A stretch of DNA of 64,000 bases. Origin: Candidatus Sericytochromatia bacterium. GTDB taxonomy: Bacteria > Cyanobacteriota > Sericytochromatia > S15B-MN24 > VGJW01. Positions 19,601 through 29,659 of the stretch are shown piece after piece (position 1 is the first letter of the stretch; each line of letters begins with the position of its first letter). The DNA lies in contig JAYKHS010000005.1 in NCBI GenBank assembly GCA_035285865.1, forward strand, positions 1 to 64,000, given 5' to 3'. The position numbers and the translations under genes were made by a program. A model generated the notes under the pieces. That model searched no databases. It saw only the letters and a program-made list of their open reading frames with translations, and was not told the origin of the DNA.

Positions 19601-20767
19601 CCGAACATGGTCTACTCGCCCGTCTACGGCAAGGATGGCAATGATGACCCGACCGACTGGGGTTTCGGGGCCGGCACGGTCATTCTGAGTCGTCAGGTCG
19701 CGGTGCCGTCGACGGCCCTCATCGAAGGGGCGAACGGCGGTATCCAGATTGACGGGACGACGTCTACCGCGCCTTCCAATGGTTTTGTCGCAACGGATAC
19801 GGCTGGCGGTACCACGGCGGATGCACCAGGCAATGGCGGGGTCTACGTGCCGGGTGCGCCGGAACCGACGCCCACGCCTGATCCTTTCTACGCGACCGTG
19901 ACGCCCGAGCCACTGCCCAGCTATTCGCCCGTCCCGGGTCTGCAGCCGACGCCCTTCCCGACGGCCGCACCGGAGGCGACGCCGACACCTGGAGGCGGAC
20001 TGCCAACTCCGACGCCGGGGCCCTCGGTAGCGCCGACGCCAGGTGGTGGTTTTGCGACTCCGACGGCGGGACCGAGCGGCGGCTTTGCTACCCCGACGGC
20101 GGGACCCTCGTTCGCACCCACCCCGACCCCTTCGCCCGTCTCGACGAAGATTCCTGGTCCTGGCGAATCAGGCTTCGTGACGCCGACGCCTTTCGCCCCG
20201 CCCTCTCCGACCCCTTCGCCCGTCTCGACGAAGATCCCGGGTCCCGGTGAATCCGGCTTCGTGACGCCGACGCCGTTCGCGCCGGCCACGCCGACGCCGA
20301 TGCCGAGTTCGACCAAGATCCCGGCTCCAGGCGAGTCCGGCTTCGTGCCGGCGACCTCGCCGCCCACCCCGACGCCCAGCCCGAGTCCGTCCGGATTCGT
20401 GGCGGTGCCACCCGGGGAGGGCGGTCCGACCCCCTCCCCGCTGCCCACGGGTGGTGGAGGCGGTTCGACGCCAGCACCCTCCGGGGGGCTGTTGCCGGGA
20501 CATGACGGAGGCATGGGCACGCCCGCACCCACGCCCACGGCGCCTGATGCGTCGATGGATCCGTCCATGGGTGGCGGTGGCATGGGAGGCAGCTCGCCGG
20601 CTCCGACTGCTTCGCCCGTACCCACGCCCGACATGTCGGCGCCGCCGGCCGGTGGCGGTGGCTCGGCTTCGCCCAGCCCAACCCCACCACCGGCCCATGG
20701 TGGCCCTGGAAGCATGTCCGCCCCGCGTCCGGACTGGCGCTTCGTGCGTCCGCCCAAGGTCTGGTAG
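16652..20767 (+). CDS. Large Pro/Thr/Gly-rich surface lipoprotein with four internal repeat domains
   Basis: GTG behind GGAGG; STRRRWIL...LAVGC signal (twin-Arg-like, lipobox); four homologous domains; PT-rich tail. Confidence 0.85.
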   Translation: MQQSSTRRRWILAALSTSLAVGCSADDSVSGTGSRPTARTGGTTTKATATPAAGPTATPAGAVPAALLPRLVQPASASSFGAADAQKLYDALLAGSFYSFIETAESGLQFVGRVATKQGAATNINVSYQDASGRKAVADGQVLTRSGIAYLQVELTAESGEKAIYRMARIGADYRGTLETKTANGTKVVLGAVWRTTPPAASESRYAPAVGSTGNGTGSGAFGFGAGSIVQSGAAGLPSVALLPGVNAGIQIDAQTPSSGVAGFTPGTGDGGAVADAPGTGGVVTVPTPTAAPTAPPLPANLADEVISKEVAKTLIEQSEEEVKKALGLFGNIAVMYAYAETANNGLQYFADIKTQVQQDTGKLAVMTTDASGRQGLGFGEIKVEDGFTYVEFVVYSAKTDETATFRLAKFGSEFRGTMQTKDAQGRDVVVGVVWKLEAPLDSQKLFLPAAGTSGTPNLPPGATPDPDTSPDPGAYGFGAGNIINNTQVDIPSTVLIPGVNSGVQVDSNTSGEGTGGFIPTDGDGGLDTGLPISGGAYVANPDSGTDSGGIAGSESSTSLPGTVTPAPGQLTPVPVLTPSPLPLPSLPPSLEASDPDILTPAEIQQQVDPSPQDVASGLGSLGTPARYYVFVETQANGLQYIGDMDTAFVGDGVALGWTDPSGRKASGSGRIVSGVVAYLEAVMGSSLGDGAVFRLARFGDEYRGTMETTNAKGERVLAGVVWRTQAPTATEQVFAPDAGTGGNTPGDGYGFGAGEVLDAGQVDVPTTVLIPGVNGGLDAGSTEVTGGTGGTDGLQPPAGATPPPDFPPYVPEDAPPGTPASDTPTSGPEPTPLPIQTVPPNLASSTVIPVNSAGIVSDLAAFQAALGTPQNPASFYTYVESFPNVFLGTIRTQFFNDVVTLGYVDTANRQATGTGRIRKNRQGIYVLRTRLASNFGDYGIFRMVRYNNEFRGTLEVLAKDGTRVVVGCVWLGTAASNAAPDTPNMVYSPVYGKDGNDDPTDWGFGAGTVILSRQVAVPSTALIEGANGGIQIDGTTSTAPSNGFVATDTAGGTTADAPGNGGVYVPGAPEPTPTPDPFYATVTPEPLPSYSPVPGLQPTPFPTAAPEATPTPGGGLPTPTPGPSVAPTPGGGFATPTAGPSGGFATPTAGPSFAPTPTPSPVSTKIPGPGESGFVTPTPFAPPSPTPSPVSTKIPGPGESGFVTPTPFAPATPTPMPSSTKIPAPGESGFVPATSPPTPTPSPSPSGFVAVPPGEGGPTPSPLPTGGGGGSTPAPSGGLLPGHDGGMGTPAPTPTAPDASMDPSMGGGGMGGSSPAPTASPVPTPDMSAPPAGGGGSASPSPTPPPAHGGPGSMSAPRPDWRFVRPPKVW
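20141..20350 (+). repeat. Coding tandem repeat, 84-bp period x3 (STKIPGPGESGFV...)
   Basis: tcgacgaagat/tcgaccaagat starts at 20141, 20225 and 20309. Confidence 0.85.
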
Positions 20768-20843
20768 CCCCGTTCTCGAGAAGCGCCCCCGAGGCCTCTG
20801 CACGGCGCAGGAGCCCGGGGGCCTTTATCTTGGCGAACCGGTT

Positions 20844-22490
20844 TCAGCCGGCGGCGGCAGATTGGGAGCGTTCAGCCCCTGAGGCAACCGATGTCTTCCT
20901 CGTCTCGTGGTACTCGGCTTCCGTATTGACTGCCCAGAGGGCCGAGCGATCGAGGCTGCCTGCGACCAGTTGATCCACCAGGGTCATCGCGCACAGCATC
21001 GAGTGATCCTGGTTGTTGTACTTGTGCATCCCGTTGCGGCCGATGACGAAGAGGTTGTCCAGGCCATCAAGCCACCCGCGCAGGACGTCGATGCGGTCGT
21101 AGCTGCCGAAGTAGGCAGGATAGGCCTTGGGGGCGCGCAGCACTGTCCGGTCGATAATGTCGTCCTCGGATACGATGCCCATCTGGACCAACTCGCGCAG
21201 GCCGAGGTCGGCAAGCTGTTCATCGGACTGGCTCCAGAGGTCGTCACCCTCGTTGGCGAAGTATTCCATGCCGAGCCAGACGGTATCGGGGTCCGCCACC
21301 ATGTAGGGGGACCAGTTGTTGAAAACCTGCAGGCGACCCACCCGAACGTCGGGCTCCTGAATGTAGATCCAGTTGTCCGGCACGATGTCGTTCACCGTCG
21401 GAATTCTTCCGTCGTGGCGCAGGGCCAGCTTGCGCACGAGGACGCCCACGGTGAAGAAATCACGGTATCTGAGGCCTTCGGCGACCTCCCGTGCCTCTGC
21501 CGGAACCGCATCACCCGCAGCCCGGGCGAGATCCTGCAAGGGCATCGTGCTGATGACGAGATCGGCCTCGAGGAACCGGGGACCGTCGGGCCCTTCGACC
21601 TCGACTCCCGTGACGCGGTTGCCACTGAAGCGGAGGCCTCGGCAGGCGACACCGAAGTTGATGGTGCCGCCCAGCCGCTCGATGTCATCGGCGACGACCT
21701 CCCACATCTGCCCGGGGCCCAGCCGCGGATACATGAAGCGGTCGATGAGGCTGGTTTCGACATCCTTCTGCGCGAGCGTGGCCTTGGGCTTCGGCAGCAT
21801 CTGCCGGACGGCGTGGGCGAGGACCGCCCGGATCGACAGGCCCTTGATGCGCTGGGCGCCCCATTCGGGTTTGATCTCGCGGCAGGGCACGCCCCAGACC
21901 TTCTCGGTGTAGTCCCGGAAGAACGTCTGGTACAGCTCCACGCCGAACCGGTTGATGAAGAAGTCTTCCAGCGACCGCTCGTGGCGGGGAGGCAAGGCGC
22001 GCATCCACAGGTAACTGAAGCCGATCCGCACCATGCGCACCAGACCAAGGTTCCTGATGGTGTCGAGAGACAGCGAGACAGGGTAGTTGAAGAACTTGCG
22101 CAGGTAGTAGATGCGGGACAGGCGACGCCGGACAAGCATTACGGCATCGTCCCGCTCGGGGTCTGCGGGGCGCGACGGATCGGCGGGAGTGTCGTCCATG
22201 GTGTCCACGGGGCGGCCCAGCGTGATGTCGTCGCGGGCGGGTGCCGTCTGGACGGGCATGCGGGCACGCCACCAGGCCATGACGCGATCGTCCTTCGAGA
22301 AGAAGCGATGGCCGCCGATGTCGATCCGATTGCCTTTGTAGACGACGGTGCGGCTGATGCCACCCACCATCTCCGAGGCCTCGAGGATGGTCACGGACTC
22401 GGCCTGGCCCCGGCTAAGCAGCTCGTGTGCGAAGGTCAGCCCTGCCGGACCCGCCCCGATGACGATGACGCGTCCCGGCCCCGTCGTCAC
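20844..22490 (-). CDS. FAD-dependent oxidoreductase (HemY/UDP-galactopyranose-mutase-related family)
   Basis: [48 protein letters not shown] overlaps the upstream TGA. Confidence 0.88.
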   Translation of the reverse strand: MTTGPGRVIVIGAGPAGLTFAHELLSRGQAESVTILEASEMVGGISRTVVYKGNRIDIGGHRFFSKDDRVMAWWRARMPVQTAPARDDITLGRPVDTMDDTPADPSRPADPERDDAVMLVRRRLSRIYYLRKFFNYPVSLSLDTIRNLGLVRMVRIGFSYLWMRALPPRHERSLEDFFINRFGVELYQTFFRDYTEKVWGVPCREIKPEWGAQRIKGLSIRAVLAHAVRQMLPKPKATLAQKDVETSLIDRFMYPRLGPGQMWEVVADDIERLGGTINFGVACRGLRFSGNRVTGVEVEGPDGPRFLEADLVISTMPLQDLARAAGDAVPAEAREVAEGLRYRDFFTVGVLVRKLALRHDGRIPTVNDIVPDNWIYIQEPDVRVGRLQVFNNWSPYMVADPDTVWLGMEYFANEGDDLWSQSDEQLADLGLRELVQMGIVSEDDIIDRTVLRAPKAYPAYFGSYDRIDVLRGWLDGLDNLFVIGRNGMHKYNNQDHSMLCAMTLVDQLVAGSLDRSALWAVNTEAEYHETRKTSVASGAERSQSAAAG

Positions 22491-23740
22491 ATGCCCGTCA
22501 GGCGCCATGCCGTGATCCCCCAGACCTGGATGAAGATGCCGAACCCGAGCACGGCGCGGTGCAAGCGCCCGAAGGCTTCCTTGCCGGGGACCATCGCGAC
22601 GCCCGCCAGCGCGAGCGGCATCCAGTCCGTGGCGTAGCGCATGCCGAACTGCGCGGCACCGGTGCCGATGAAAGAAAGGTAGAACGCTTGCGTGACAAGG
22701 ATGCCGAGCATGGCGAAGCGGTAGCGCCAGGACCGCCACGGACCGAGGGCCAGCAGCACGAGGAAGGGCATCGTGATGAACAGGGACAGGCCGTTGTGGC
22801 CAGGAGACCACCACGGAAAGTCCGGGATCTCGACGGGGCCGGACAAGAAGTACAGCGGCAGGTGGTTCCAGAAGTGCTCCCAGCTGTGCGTGGGGATCTT
22901 GCCGAAGCCGCTTATGGGATCCTTCAGGATGATGGCGCGATAGCCGTTGTCCAACACGTCGCCGAAGCGGTCCCAATTTGCCCAGGCTTGTATGGCCAGC
23001 ATCAGGCCGAGCCCCACGGCAAACCAGGCGTAGGCAGGCCACTTGCGGCGGTCCAGCACGCTGGCCAGCCAAGTGCCGAGCGAGCCCGTGTCGGCAACTG
23101 GTTGCGGCTGGGCGCTCTCCATCCAGGCCGGCACGGGTCGGCTGGCCTCGGCCACCAACAGGAAGACGACAGGCAGCGCCGCGAGGGTGGTGGGTCGGCA
23201 CAGCGAGGCAAGGCCCAGGGCCAGCCCTGCCCATCCGGCTCGGCCCGTACGGGCCAGCCAGAAGGAGCACAGCACGGCGCTTACGGCGCAGGTGTGGGTC
23301 AGCAGCCAATTGTCGCCCCTGTAGGCCGCATTGAAGAAGTGGGGGGAGGCGAAGGCGAGCATGGCCGTCAGGCCGTGGCGCCGCCAACCTTGGACGCCGG
23401 ACGCGCCCAGGAACAGGAACCACGAGGCCACGCCCACTGCACCCATCAGTGCACAGAAGGTCGACTGGGGAGCGCCCGGGCCCAGAAGAGCGACCCAAGG
23501 CAGCATCAGCAGGCTGGGGCCGATGCCGTAGGCCACCAACTTGCGGCCGTCCGCCAAGGTGATGAGTTCCGTCGTCCCGTAGGGGGGCGCCAGATCCCAG
23601 CGCCCGTGGAGAATCGCGTCCGCCATCAGCGTGTGCGCGTTCCACGCGGTCTGTCCGCCGACCGTCAAGGCGGCATAGATGACGAAGGCCACGACAGCCC
23701 ACGCCAAGGTGGGGCGCCTGTCGGGAAAATCGGGCAGCAC
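22487..23740 (-). CDS. Polytopic membrane protein, probable GT-C glycosyltransferase
   Basis: About 10 hydrophobic segments, [22 protein letters not shown]; start uncertain. Confidence 0.6.
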   Translation of the reverse strand: MLPDFPDRRPTLAWAVVAFVIYAALTVGGQTAWNAHTLMADAILHGRWDLAPPYGTTELITLADGRKLVAYGIGPSLLMLPWVALLGPGAPQSTFCALMGAVGVASWFLFLGASGVQGWRRHGLTAMLAFASPHFFNAAYRGDNWLLTHTCAVSAVLCSFWLARTGRAGWAGLALGLASLCRPTTLAALPVVFLLVAEASRPVPAWMESAQPQPVADTGSLGTWLASVLDRRKWPAYAWFAVGLGLMLAIQAWANWDRFGDVLDNGYRAIILKDPISGFGKIPTHSWEHFWNHLPLYFLSGPVEIPDFPWWSPGHNGLSLFITMPFLVLLALGPWRSWRYRFAMLGILVTQAFYLSFIGTGAAQFGMRYATDWMPLALAGVAMVPGKEAFGRLHRAVLGFGIFIQVWGITAWRLTGM

Positions 23741-23809
23741 GCCCCATGCTAGCAGACCCGCTCCTGTCGGGTGGTACCCTTGTAGGTCCCCTGAACAGGA
23801 GGTTCGCCC

Positions 23810-24907
23810 GTGCTTCGTGCCGGCATCGTCGGACTGCCCAATGTCGGCAAGTCCTCGCTCTTCAACGCCTTGACGCGTGCGGGTGCGCAGGCGGCCAACT
23901 ACCCCTTCTGCACCATCGAGCCCAATGTCGGGATCGTGACGGTCCCCGACGACAGGCTCGGGACGCTCGCCGGCATTTCCCGGACCCAGACCATCATCCC
24001 CACGGCCTTCGAGTTCGTGGACATCGCCGGTCTGGTTCGTGGCGCATCCAAGGGGGAGGGCCTCGGCAACCAGTTTCTGGCCCACATTCGTGAGGTGGAT
24101 GCGATCGTTCATGTCGTGCGCTGCTTCGAAGACGACAATGTCACGCATGTCGACGGCAGCGTGGACCCGGTTCGCGATCTGCAGACCATCGGTCTCGAAT
24201 TGGCGCTCGCCGACCTTGGCACCGTCGAGAAGGTGCTCGAGCGGCATCGCAAGCCGGCGAAGTCGGGCCAGAAGGAGAGCGTCGCCATGGTCGAGGCCCT
24301 CGAGCCGGTCCGCGAGGCCCTCGATGCCGGCCAGTGGGCGCGGACCGTAAGCCTGCCCGACGAGGCGCGTCAGACGTTGCGCCACCTCTCGCTGCTGACG
24401 ATGAAGCCGGTCATCTATGCGTGCAACGTGGCCGAGGAGCATCTGGCAAACGCCATGGAGCATCCCCTCGTTCGTCGGGTAGCCGAGGTCGCTCGCGAGG
24501 AAGGGGCCGATCTGGTCCCCGTCTCTGCGGCGATCGAGGCCGAGCTGTCCCAGTTGGATCCTGCTGAAGCGGCCGAATACCTGGCGTCGCTCGGCGTGAC
24601 GGGATCCGGTCTCGACAAGCTCATCCAGGCGACCTACAGGACACTCGATCTCATCACCTACTTCACGGCCGGCGAGAAGGAGGTCCGGGCCTGGACCATC
24701 CGTCGCGGCACTCTGGCTCCGGGCGCTGCCGGTGTCATCCACTCGGATTTCGAGCGGGGCTTCATCCGGGCCGAGGTAATCGGCTACGACGATCTGGTGC
24801 GGGTCGGATCGGAGTCGGCCGCCAAGGACACGGGGGTCATGCGCCTCGAAGGCAAGGCCTACGAGGTTCGCGACGGCGACGTCATGCACTTCCGCTTCAA
24901 CGTCTGA
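23810..24907 (+). CDS. ychF: Redox-regulated ATPase YchF
   Basis: [54 protein letters not shown]. Confidence 0.98.
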   Translation: MLRAGIVGLPNVGKSSLFNALTRAGAQAANYPFCTIEPNVGIVTVPDDRLGTLAGISRTQTIIPTAFEFVDIAGLVRGASKGEGLGNQFLAHIREVDAIVHVVRCFEDDNVTHVDGSVDPVRDLQTIGLELALADLGTVEKVLERHRKPAKSGQKESVAMVEALEPVREALDAGQWARTVSLPDEARQTLRHLSLLTMKPVIYACNVAEEHLANAMEHPLVRRVAEVAREEGADLVPVSAAIEAELSQLDPAEAAEYLASLGVTGSGLDKLIQATYRTLDLITYFTAGEKEVRAWTIRRGTLAPGAAGVIHSDFERGFIRAEVIGYDDLVRVGSESAAKDTGVMRLEGKAYEVRDGDVMHFRFNV

Positions 24908-24923
24908 GGCCGTTCCCGGAACA

Positions 24924-24951
24924 TTAGGGAAATCTTAGGGTGGCCTTGGGG
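24924..24951 (+). promoter_or_regulatory. Three 11-bp-phased direct repeats (TTAGGG, TTAGGG, TTGGGG), candidate winged-helix regulator site
   Basis: Hexamers at 24924, 24935 and 24946 in the intergenic gap. Confidence 0.4.
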
Positions 24952-24999
24952 GAGACTGACTGCCTCCCGGGCGATGCATGTCTGGGGGAATCTCTGCGC

Positions 25000-25908
25000 A
25001 TGATGCCTGCTCCACCGAAGCTGCCTGCCGTGCATCGGCCCGTGACGTCACCGTCCTCCGGGCCGGTGGTCGACAGGCCCGTCTCGCCGGTGCGCCTGCA
25101 GCGTAACCTGCCGCGGACGTTCGTCGACAAGGCGGAGTCGTTTCTGGGCGTGGATCGCTTCAACAAGGTCATGACCCTGCCGACCAAGCGCGATTTCGCG
25201 ATTGACCATCCCGAGGCAGTCATCCATCCCCGAATTACGGTGGATTCGGCCGAGTTCAAGGCCCTCAAGGCCGCACTGAAGCCCGGGGATGTCATCCTGT
25301 GCGGCAATGACGACAGCTTCGTGCACGCGATTGTCCATCTGGGCAACGGCGAGATCGTCCATGCCTTGGCCCAGGAGCACTGGACGCGCCAATCCACGTG
25401 GGTAGATCGTGCCGTCGATGGTGCTGCCGATGCCCTCGCGCGTCTGCCGATCGGTGTCGAACGCAGTGCCCGATGGGCCGCTGCCGTCCGCGTGACGCCT
25501 CGTTCGATGAGCGGGGGCATCGGGGTGATCCGCGAGACGCTTGACAGTTACTTCTCGCGTGCGTCCCGCGATAACGTCGTTGTCTTGAGAAATCCTGGAC
25601 TGACGCCATCCCAGCTTGCTGCCATGCGAGGCGATGCCTTGTCCCATGTCGGCAAGGCCTACGACTATGCCTTTGCGACCTTCGATGGCAAGCGGATGTA
25701 CTGCACCGAGGTCGTGGCCAACGTGCTCTCGGCTGCCGGCGTGAAGGTGCCCACGATGATGGGCCAGTCCGGCGGATTCAGTCGGGAGGTGGTGCTCAAC
25801 GAAACCTTGATCCGGACGCCCGGCTTCGTGCCTGTCTGGCACTCCCGCAGCTACCCCACGACGCCTTTCGGCAAGGCGAATCCCTTGTCCGTCGCAGTGG
25901 TCCGATAG
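25000..25908 (+). CDS. YiiX/YebB-like permuted papain-like (C92) enzyme
   Basis: LKPGDVIL, FVHAIVHLG (His), GKAYDYAF, RMYCTEVV (Cys C-terminal to His). Confidence 0.85.
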   Translation: MMPAPPKLPAVHRPVTSPSSGPVVDRPVSPVRLQRNLPRTFVDKAESFLGVDRFNKVMTLPTKRDFAIDHPEAVIHPRITVDSAEFKALKAALKPGDVILCGNDDSFVHAIVHLGNGEIVHALAQEHWTRQSTWVDRAVDGAADALARLPIGVERSARWAAAVRVTPRSMSGGIGVIRETLDSYFSRASRDNVVVLRNPGLTPSQLAAMRGDALSHVGKAYDYAFATFDGKRMYCTEVVANVLSAAGVKVPTMMGQSGGFSREVVLNETLIRTPGFVPVWHSRSYPTTPFGKANPLSVAVVR

Positions 25909-25937
25909 CCTCGTTTCCCGAGGGTACAAGGGAGGGC

Positions 25938-26714
25938 GTGGAGCCTTGGGATGCCCTTGTTCGTGCCCTTGCCTCGCCGGGCCACCGAGAGGCTGCCTAT
26001 CGGGCCTTGGTCCAGTCGGGGGCGGCCGCGGTTCCCGCACTCGCCAGGGCGGCGGCGGTCGAATCGGACCAGAGCGATCCCACGTACTCGGCAAGGGGTG
26101 TGCTCTCGGTCCTGGGGAGCCTTGCCATGCCGTCGCTGGTGGCCGGATTGGCTGTTCGCGAGCGGGGACAGTGCCAGGCCTCCGCGGTCCTTCGGGCGAT
26201 GGGCACGGCTGCCGTGCCTCACCTGCGGGTGGCCCTGGAACACATGGACCCGCTTGTCCGTGAGCAGGCTGCCGTAACCCTGGGGCTGATTCCCGACGTG
26301 GGTCCTCAGGCCTTGGGTGAACTCGCCGAACGGCTGGGTGACCCAGATGCGCGCGTCTGTGTCGCCGTTGCCGAGGCCCTCGAGTTACATGCGGACCTCG
26401 GTTTCGTGCCCGATTGGCAACGTCTGATGCCCTTGATCGTGCGCACCTACGCCAAGGCAGACAGCAGGTTGAGGGCCGCCCTGCTGCGCTTGCTGCCCTC
26501 TGCGGAGGTGCGCGCGGCGGCCTTGTTGCCTCACCTGCTTGCGACCGTCGAGGAGGGACGAGAGGAGCTCAGGTTGCCGGCGGTGCGCGTCCTCGCGGCC
26601 ATCGGTCCGCACGCGGAATCCGCCCTGCCGATGCTGGAGCGCCTCAATCGCCACAGCACGGGCCCGTTGCGGATGGCCGTCGAGGACGCCATCTCCGCCT
26701 TGAGCGGCCGCTAG
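25938..26714 (+). CDS. HEAT/PBS-lyase repeat protein
   Basis: Repeated G.AAVP.L...L...D..VR..AA..LG.I units. Confidence 0.8.
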   Translation: MEPWDALVRALASPGHREAAYRALVQSGAAAVPALARAAAVESDQSDPTYSARGVLSVLGSLAMPSLVAGLAVRERGQCQASAVLRAMGTAAVPHLRVALEHMDPLVREQAAVTLGLIPDVGPQALGELAERLGDPDARVCVAVAEALELHADLGFVPDWQRLMPLIVRTYAKADSRLRAALLRLLPSAEVRAAALLPHLLATVEEGREELRLPAVRVLAAIGPHAESALPMLERLNRHSTGPLRMAVEDAISALSGR

Positions 26715-26719
26715 TAGCC

Positions 26720-27364
26720 TCAGGGACGCTTGAAGACCTTGTTGACCTGGCCCAGCACGTCCTTGGAGAGCAGGTAATACGTGCTCACCAAGCCGAAGTT
26801 GCCGCTCTTCACGTCCACCTCGATGCCGTCCTTGTCCACCTTCTTGTAGGTTCCCGACAGATCCAGATTTCCGGATTGGAACCGGCAGGTGCCGTTGGCT
26901 CCGACCTCAAGCCGTTCCGTGACCTCCTGGGCTTGCCCGTTGTTGACGACCCGCTTGATTTTCATGGTCCAGTTGCCCACGAAACCATCGACCGTGCCGT
27001 CCGGCGAGAACACCTCCCAAGCCATGATCGCGGTCGTCAGGTGGATGGGGACGTCCGCCGAGTTGCTCGCGGCGGTGCCGGCCGCATCCTGCATGAGCAG
27101 GCGGTTTCCGCTCAGGGACCAGTATCCGCCTGCCTCGGGCAGGGGGTAGCTCAGGTAGCCCTTGTAGGTGCCATCCTGTTTGAAGGTCTTGCTGTCCCAG
27201 CTCATCGCCTTCTGGTAGTCGCCGTGGGTTGTCCAGTCGCCGAGCAGCGACGGAGTTGCCGCGGGAGCGGGCGCAGGGCTCGCGGTCGAGGAGCTTCCCG
27301 TAGTCGCGGCGGGGCAGGCAGACAGCGGGAGCATCAACGTGCCACAGAGGGCAAGGCCAAGCAC
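26720..27364 (-). CDS. Hypothetical lipoprotein with two LxGxW beta-barrel-like halves
   Basis: PLSAC lipobox, S/A/P linker, LLGDW and FVGNW; the start may lie a few codons upstream (in-frame LNRRN, AAGGAG). Confidence 0.7.
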   Translation of the reverse strand: MLGLALCGTLMLPLSACPAATTGSSSTASPAPAPAATPSLLGDWTTHGDYQKAMSWDSKTFKQDGTYKGYLSYPLPEAGGYWSLSGNRLLMQDAAGTAASNSADVPIHLTTAIMAWEVFSPDGTVDGFVGNWTMKIKRVVNNGQAQEVTERLEVGANGTCRFQSGNLDLSGTYKKVDKDGIEVDVKSGNFGLVSTYYLLSKDVLGQVNKVFKRP

Positions 27365-27408
27365 ATTGCGACGGTTCAGGGGAATGGGGCGGACTCTCCT
27401 TGGGGGGG

Positions 27409-28794
27409 TTACAGTTGTGCCGTAGGTTCAGGACCGGTCCGGGCAAGTCGGACGCCTTCCATGAATACGAGGAACGCCTCTCGGAAGCGCCCACGCATTG
27501 CAATGGCCAACGAGAGCCGGAACTGCGCCTGCAGATTCTGACCATCCACGACAAGCGCCTTTCGGAACCAGTCCTCGGCCTGGGCCCAGTTCCCGCGATC
27601 CGCCTCGAGCCTGCCTCGCCAGACGAGGGAGGGCACGTGGGCGGGGTCCAGGGCCAGGACCTTGTCGAGCGTGGGCAGGGCCTCGTCCAGGTTGCCTTGG
27701 CGGGCCAGAGCTTCTCCCAGCCCGAACACGGCGAACATCTCGGCCGGATGCTCGGCCACGACGGGACGGAAGGCGTGCACGGCCTCGTCGATCCGACCCA
27801 GGCGCAGCAGGGTCCAGCCCAGTCCGGTACGTGCCCCGAAGTCCGACGGGGCATGCTCGATGGCCTTCCTGAAGGCCTTGAGCGCCTCAGCCGGTTTGTC
27901 GGCGCGCAGGGACCAGCCAAGCGAAACCCAGGCGTCGGCATAGGCGGGAGCGATTGCCAGCGCGGCGTGATACTGGCGCACGGCAGCTTCCTGATCGCCA
28001 CGAGCCTCGTGGACCCTTCCGAGCCCCAGCAAGATCTCCGGGTGATCGGGGTTTTCGGCCGCCAGCGCCTCGAAGGCCTTGAGCGCCTGATCCAGCTCGC
28101 CGCGTTCGGCAAGGATGCTGGCAAGCCCGATCCGGGCCTCGGATTGGCCGGGTTCGTAGAGCAGGGCCTTGCGGTACTGGGTCGCTGCCGCGTCCAACTG
28201 ACCCGTATGGTGCAGGACGCGTCCCAGATCTCGTGCCGTCCCGGCTTGGCCCGGTTCGAGCATCGAGGCCTGCTTGAGCTGGGTCAGTGCGGCATCTTGC
28301 CGGCCGCGTTCGAATTGGACCAGACCCAGGGCGTGACGGCCTTCGGCGCACTCGGGGTCCAGCTTCAGGGCTTTCTTGAGTTCCCAGTTGGCCTGATCCA
28401 GATCGCCCCGGTCGTACAGCAACGTGCCGAGCTTGCAGTGTGCACAGGCATAGTCCGGGTCACGCCCGATTGCTTCCTTGAAGCAGGTCTCGGCCTCGTC
28501 CAGCATGCGGGTCGCCATCAGGGCGCAGCCCAGGTTCAGCCACGCCTCCGGGTCCCCGTCGTCGAGCCGCAGGGCCTCACGGTACGAGGCGATTGCCAGA
28601 TCCGTCCGACCCTGATCATGCAGGGCGAGGCCCAGGTTGTAGTGGGCATTCGCATAGCCGGCATCAAGGGCGATGGCTTCGCGGTAGGCCGCGACCGCGC
28701 CGTCGAGGTCTCCCTCCTCGTGCAGACGCACGCCCTTGTCGTTGAGTGCGACGGCTTCCTGTCGTGGCTGGGGCGAGAAGGGAACGATCGTCAC
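27409..28794 (-). CDS. Tetratricopeptide repeat protein
   Basis: About 12-13 consecutive 34-aa TPR units (AHYNLG...A...Y..AL). Confidence 0.93.
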   Translation of the reverse strand: MTIVPFSPQPRQEAVALNDKGVRLHEEGDLDGAVAAYREAIALDAGYANAHYNLGLALHDQGRTDLAIASYREALRLDDGDPEAWLNLGCALMATRMLDEAETCFKEAIGRDPDYACAHCKLGTLLYDRGDLDQANWELKKALKLDPECAEGRHALGLVQFERGRQDAALTQLKQASMLEPGQAGTARDLGRVLHHTGQLDAAATQYRKALLYEPGQSEARIGLASILAERGELDQALKAFEALAAENPDHPEILLGLGRVHEARGDQEAAVRQYHAALAIAPAYADAWVSLGWSLRADKPAEALKAFRKAIEHAPSDFGARTGLGWTLLRLGRIDEAVHAFRPVVAEHPAEMFAVFGLGEALARQGNLDEALPTLDKVLALDPAHVPSLVWRGRLEADRGNWAQAEDWFRKALVVDGQNLQAQFRLSLAIAMRGRFREAFLVFMEGVRLARTGPEPTAQL

Positions 28795-29588
28795 GACGGT
28801 CCCCCGCCCGAGATGGCCGGGTCATCCAGGCAGGCCACGTGCTGGGCGTAATAGGCAAGGCCGCGCTCGTGGGCGGGCGTCGGCTCCACGACGAAGCGAC
28901 GCAGGTAGCCATCCAGCAGTTCCGGCTGCAATCGGGGCGCATGCTCGGCGAGTGTCGCCGTCTGGACGGGGTGCGTCCGCCGAAGGGTGCCCCACGCCTC
29001 GGCCAGGGCATCGATCCGATCGGGCGGTGTGTCGCCGCGCATCGCCCACTGCAGATAGGTCAGCGGTGTCTGCGTCAGCTGCCACCAGGCCTCGCCCAGA
29101 TCCCAGACGTGGACCCCTTCACCCGCACGCGCCTGGGCCTCGAGGGCGAAGTCCTGGAAGAACAAGACGCCGTCGGCCTGATCGAGGCTGTCCTCGAGAT
29201 CCCCGGTCCGGACGATAAGACGGGGCGACAGGCCATACCAGGCGGAGAGCAGATAGCGGAGCAGCAGCACGGCCTCGGGTTGGCCTTCGGGCACGGCGAT
29301 GCGGCCTTCGCCAAGGGCATAGGCCGGCTGTCGGGAGAACAGCAGGATGCAGCCGGAACGGCCCATCGAGGACAATACGGGAGAAGGCAGAAGGGTGAAC
29401 CGATCCGGGTGACGCAGCAGTTGCAGCGGCGTCACCGGGGCAAGATCGAGCTCGCCACGCAGCAGCATCGGCACCATGTCCGGCATGGCGGCAGGCACGA
29501 GCTTGAAGCGTCCTTCCGGGTCATGCCGGAGCGGGTCGCACAGGGACAGCGTGCTCAGGTAGGGAGGCTGGCCGACGAGACAGGTCAC
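28791..29588 (-). CDS. MqnA/MqnD-family (chorismate dehydratase-like) protein, divergent
   Basis: GQPPYLS, LRGELDLAP, WDLGEAWWQLT..P; GTG start chosen by family length. Confidence 0.7.
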   Translation of the reverse strand: MTCLVGQPPYLSTLSLCDPLRHDPEGRFKLVPAAMPDMVPMLLRGELDLAPVTPLQLLRHPDRFTLLPSPVLSSMGRSGCILLFSRQPAYALGEGRIAVPEGQPEAVLLLRYLLSAWYGLSPRLIVRTGDLEDSLDQADGVLFFQDFALEAQARAGEGVHVWDLGEAWWQLTQTPLTYLQWAMRGDTPPDRIDALAEAWGTLRRTHPVQTATLAEHAPRLQPELLDGYLRRFVVEPTPAHERGLAYYAQHVACLDDPAISGGGPS

Positions 29589-29659
29589 TTCCGGATCGTA
29601 AGCCTTCACGCCAGCTATAATCAAGAGTTTCGGGCCGTTTGGCTGGGATGTTCGCAAGG

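Noticed and set aside
20844..24889. Long track ORFs 20844-23747 (967 aa) and 22487-24889 (800 aa) as single proteins
   Set aside because: Their N-terminal parts are alternate-frame or antisense shadows of the membrane gene and ychF; the real starts are near 22490 and 23740
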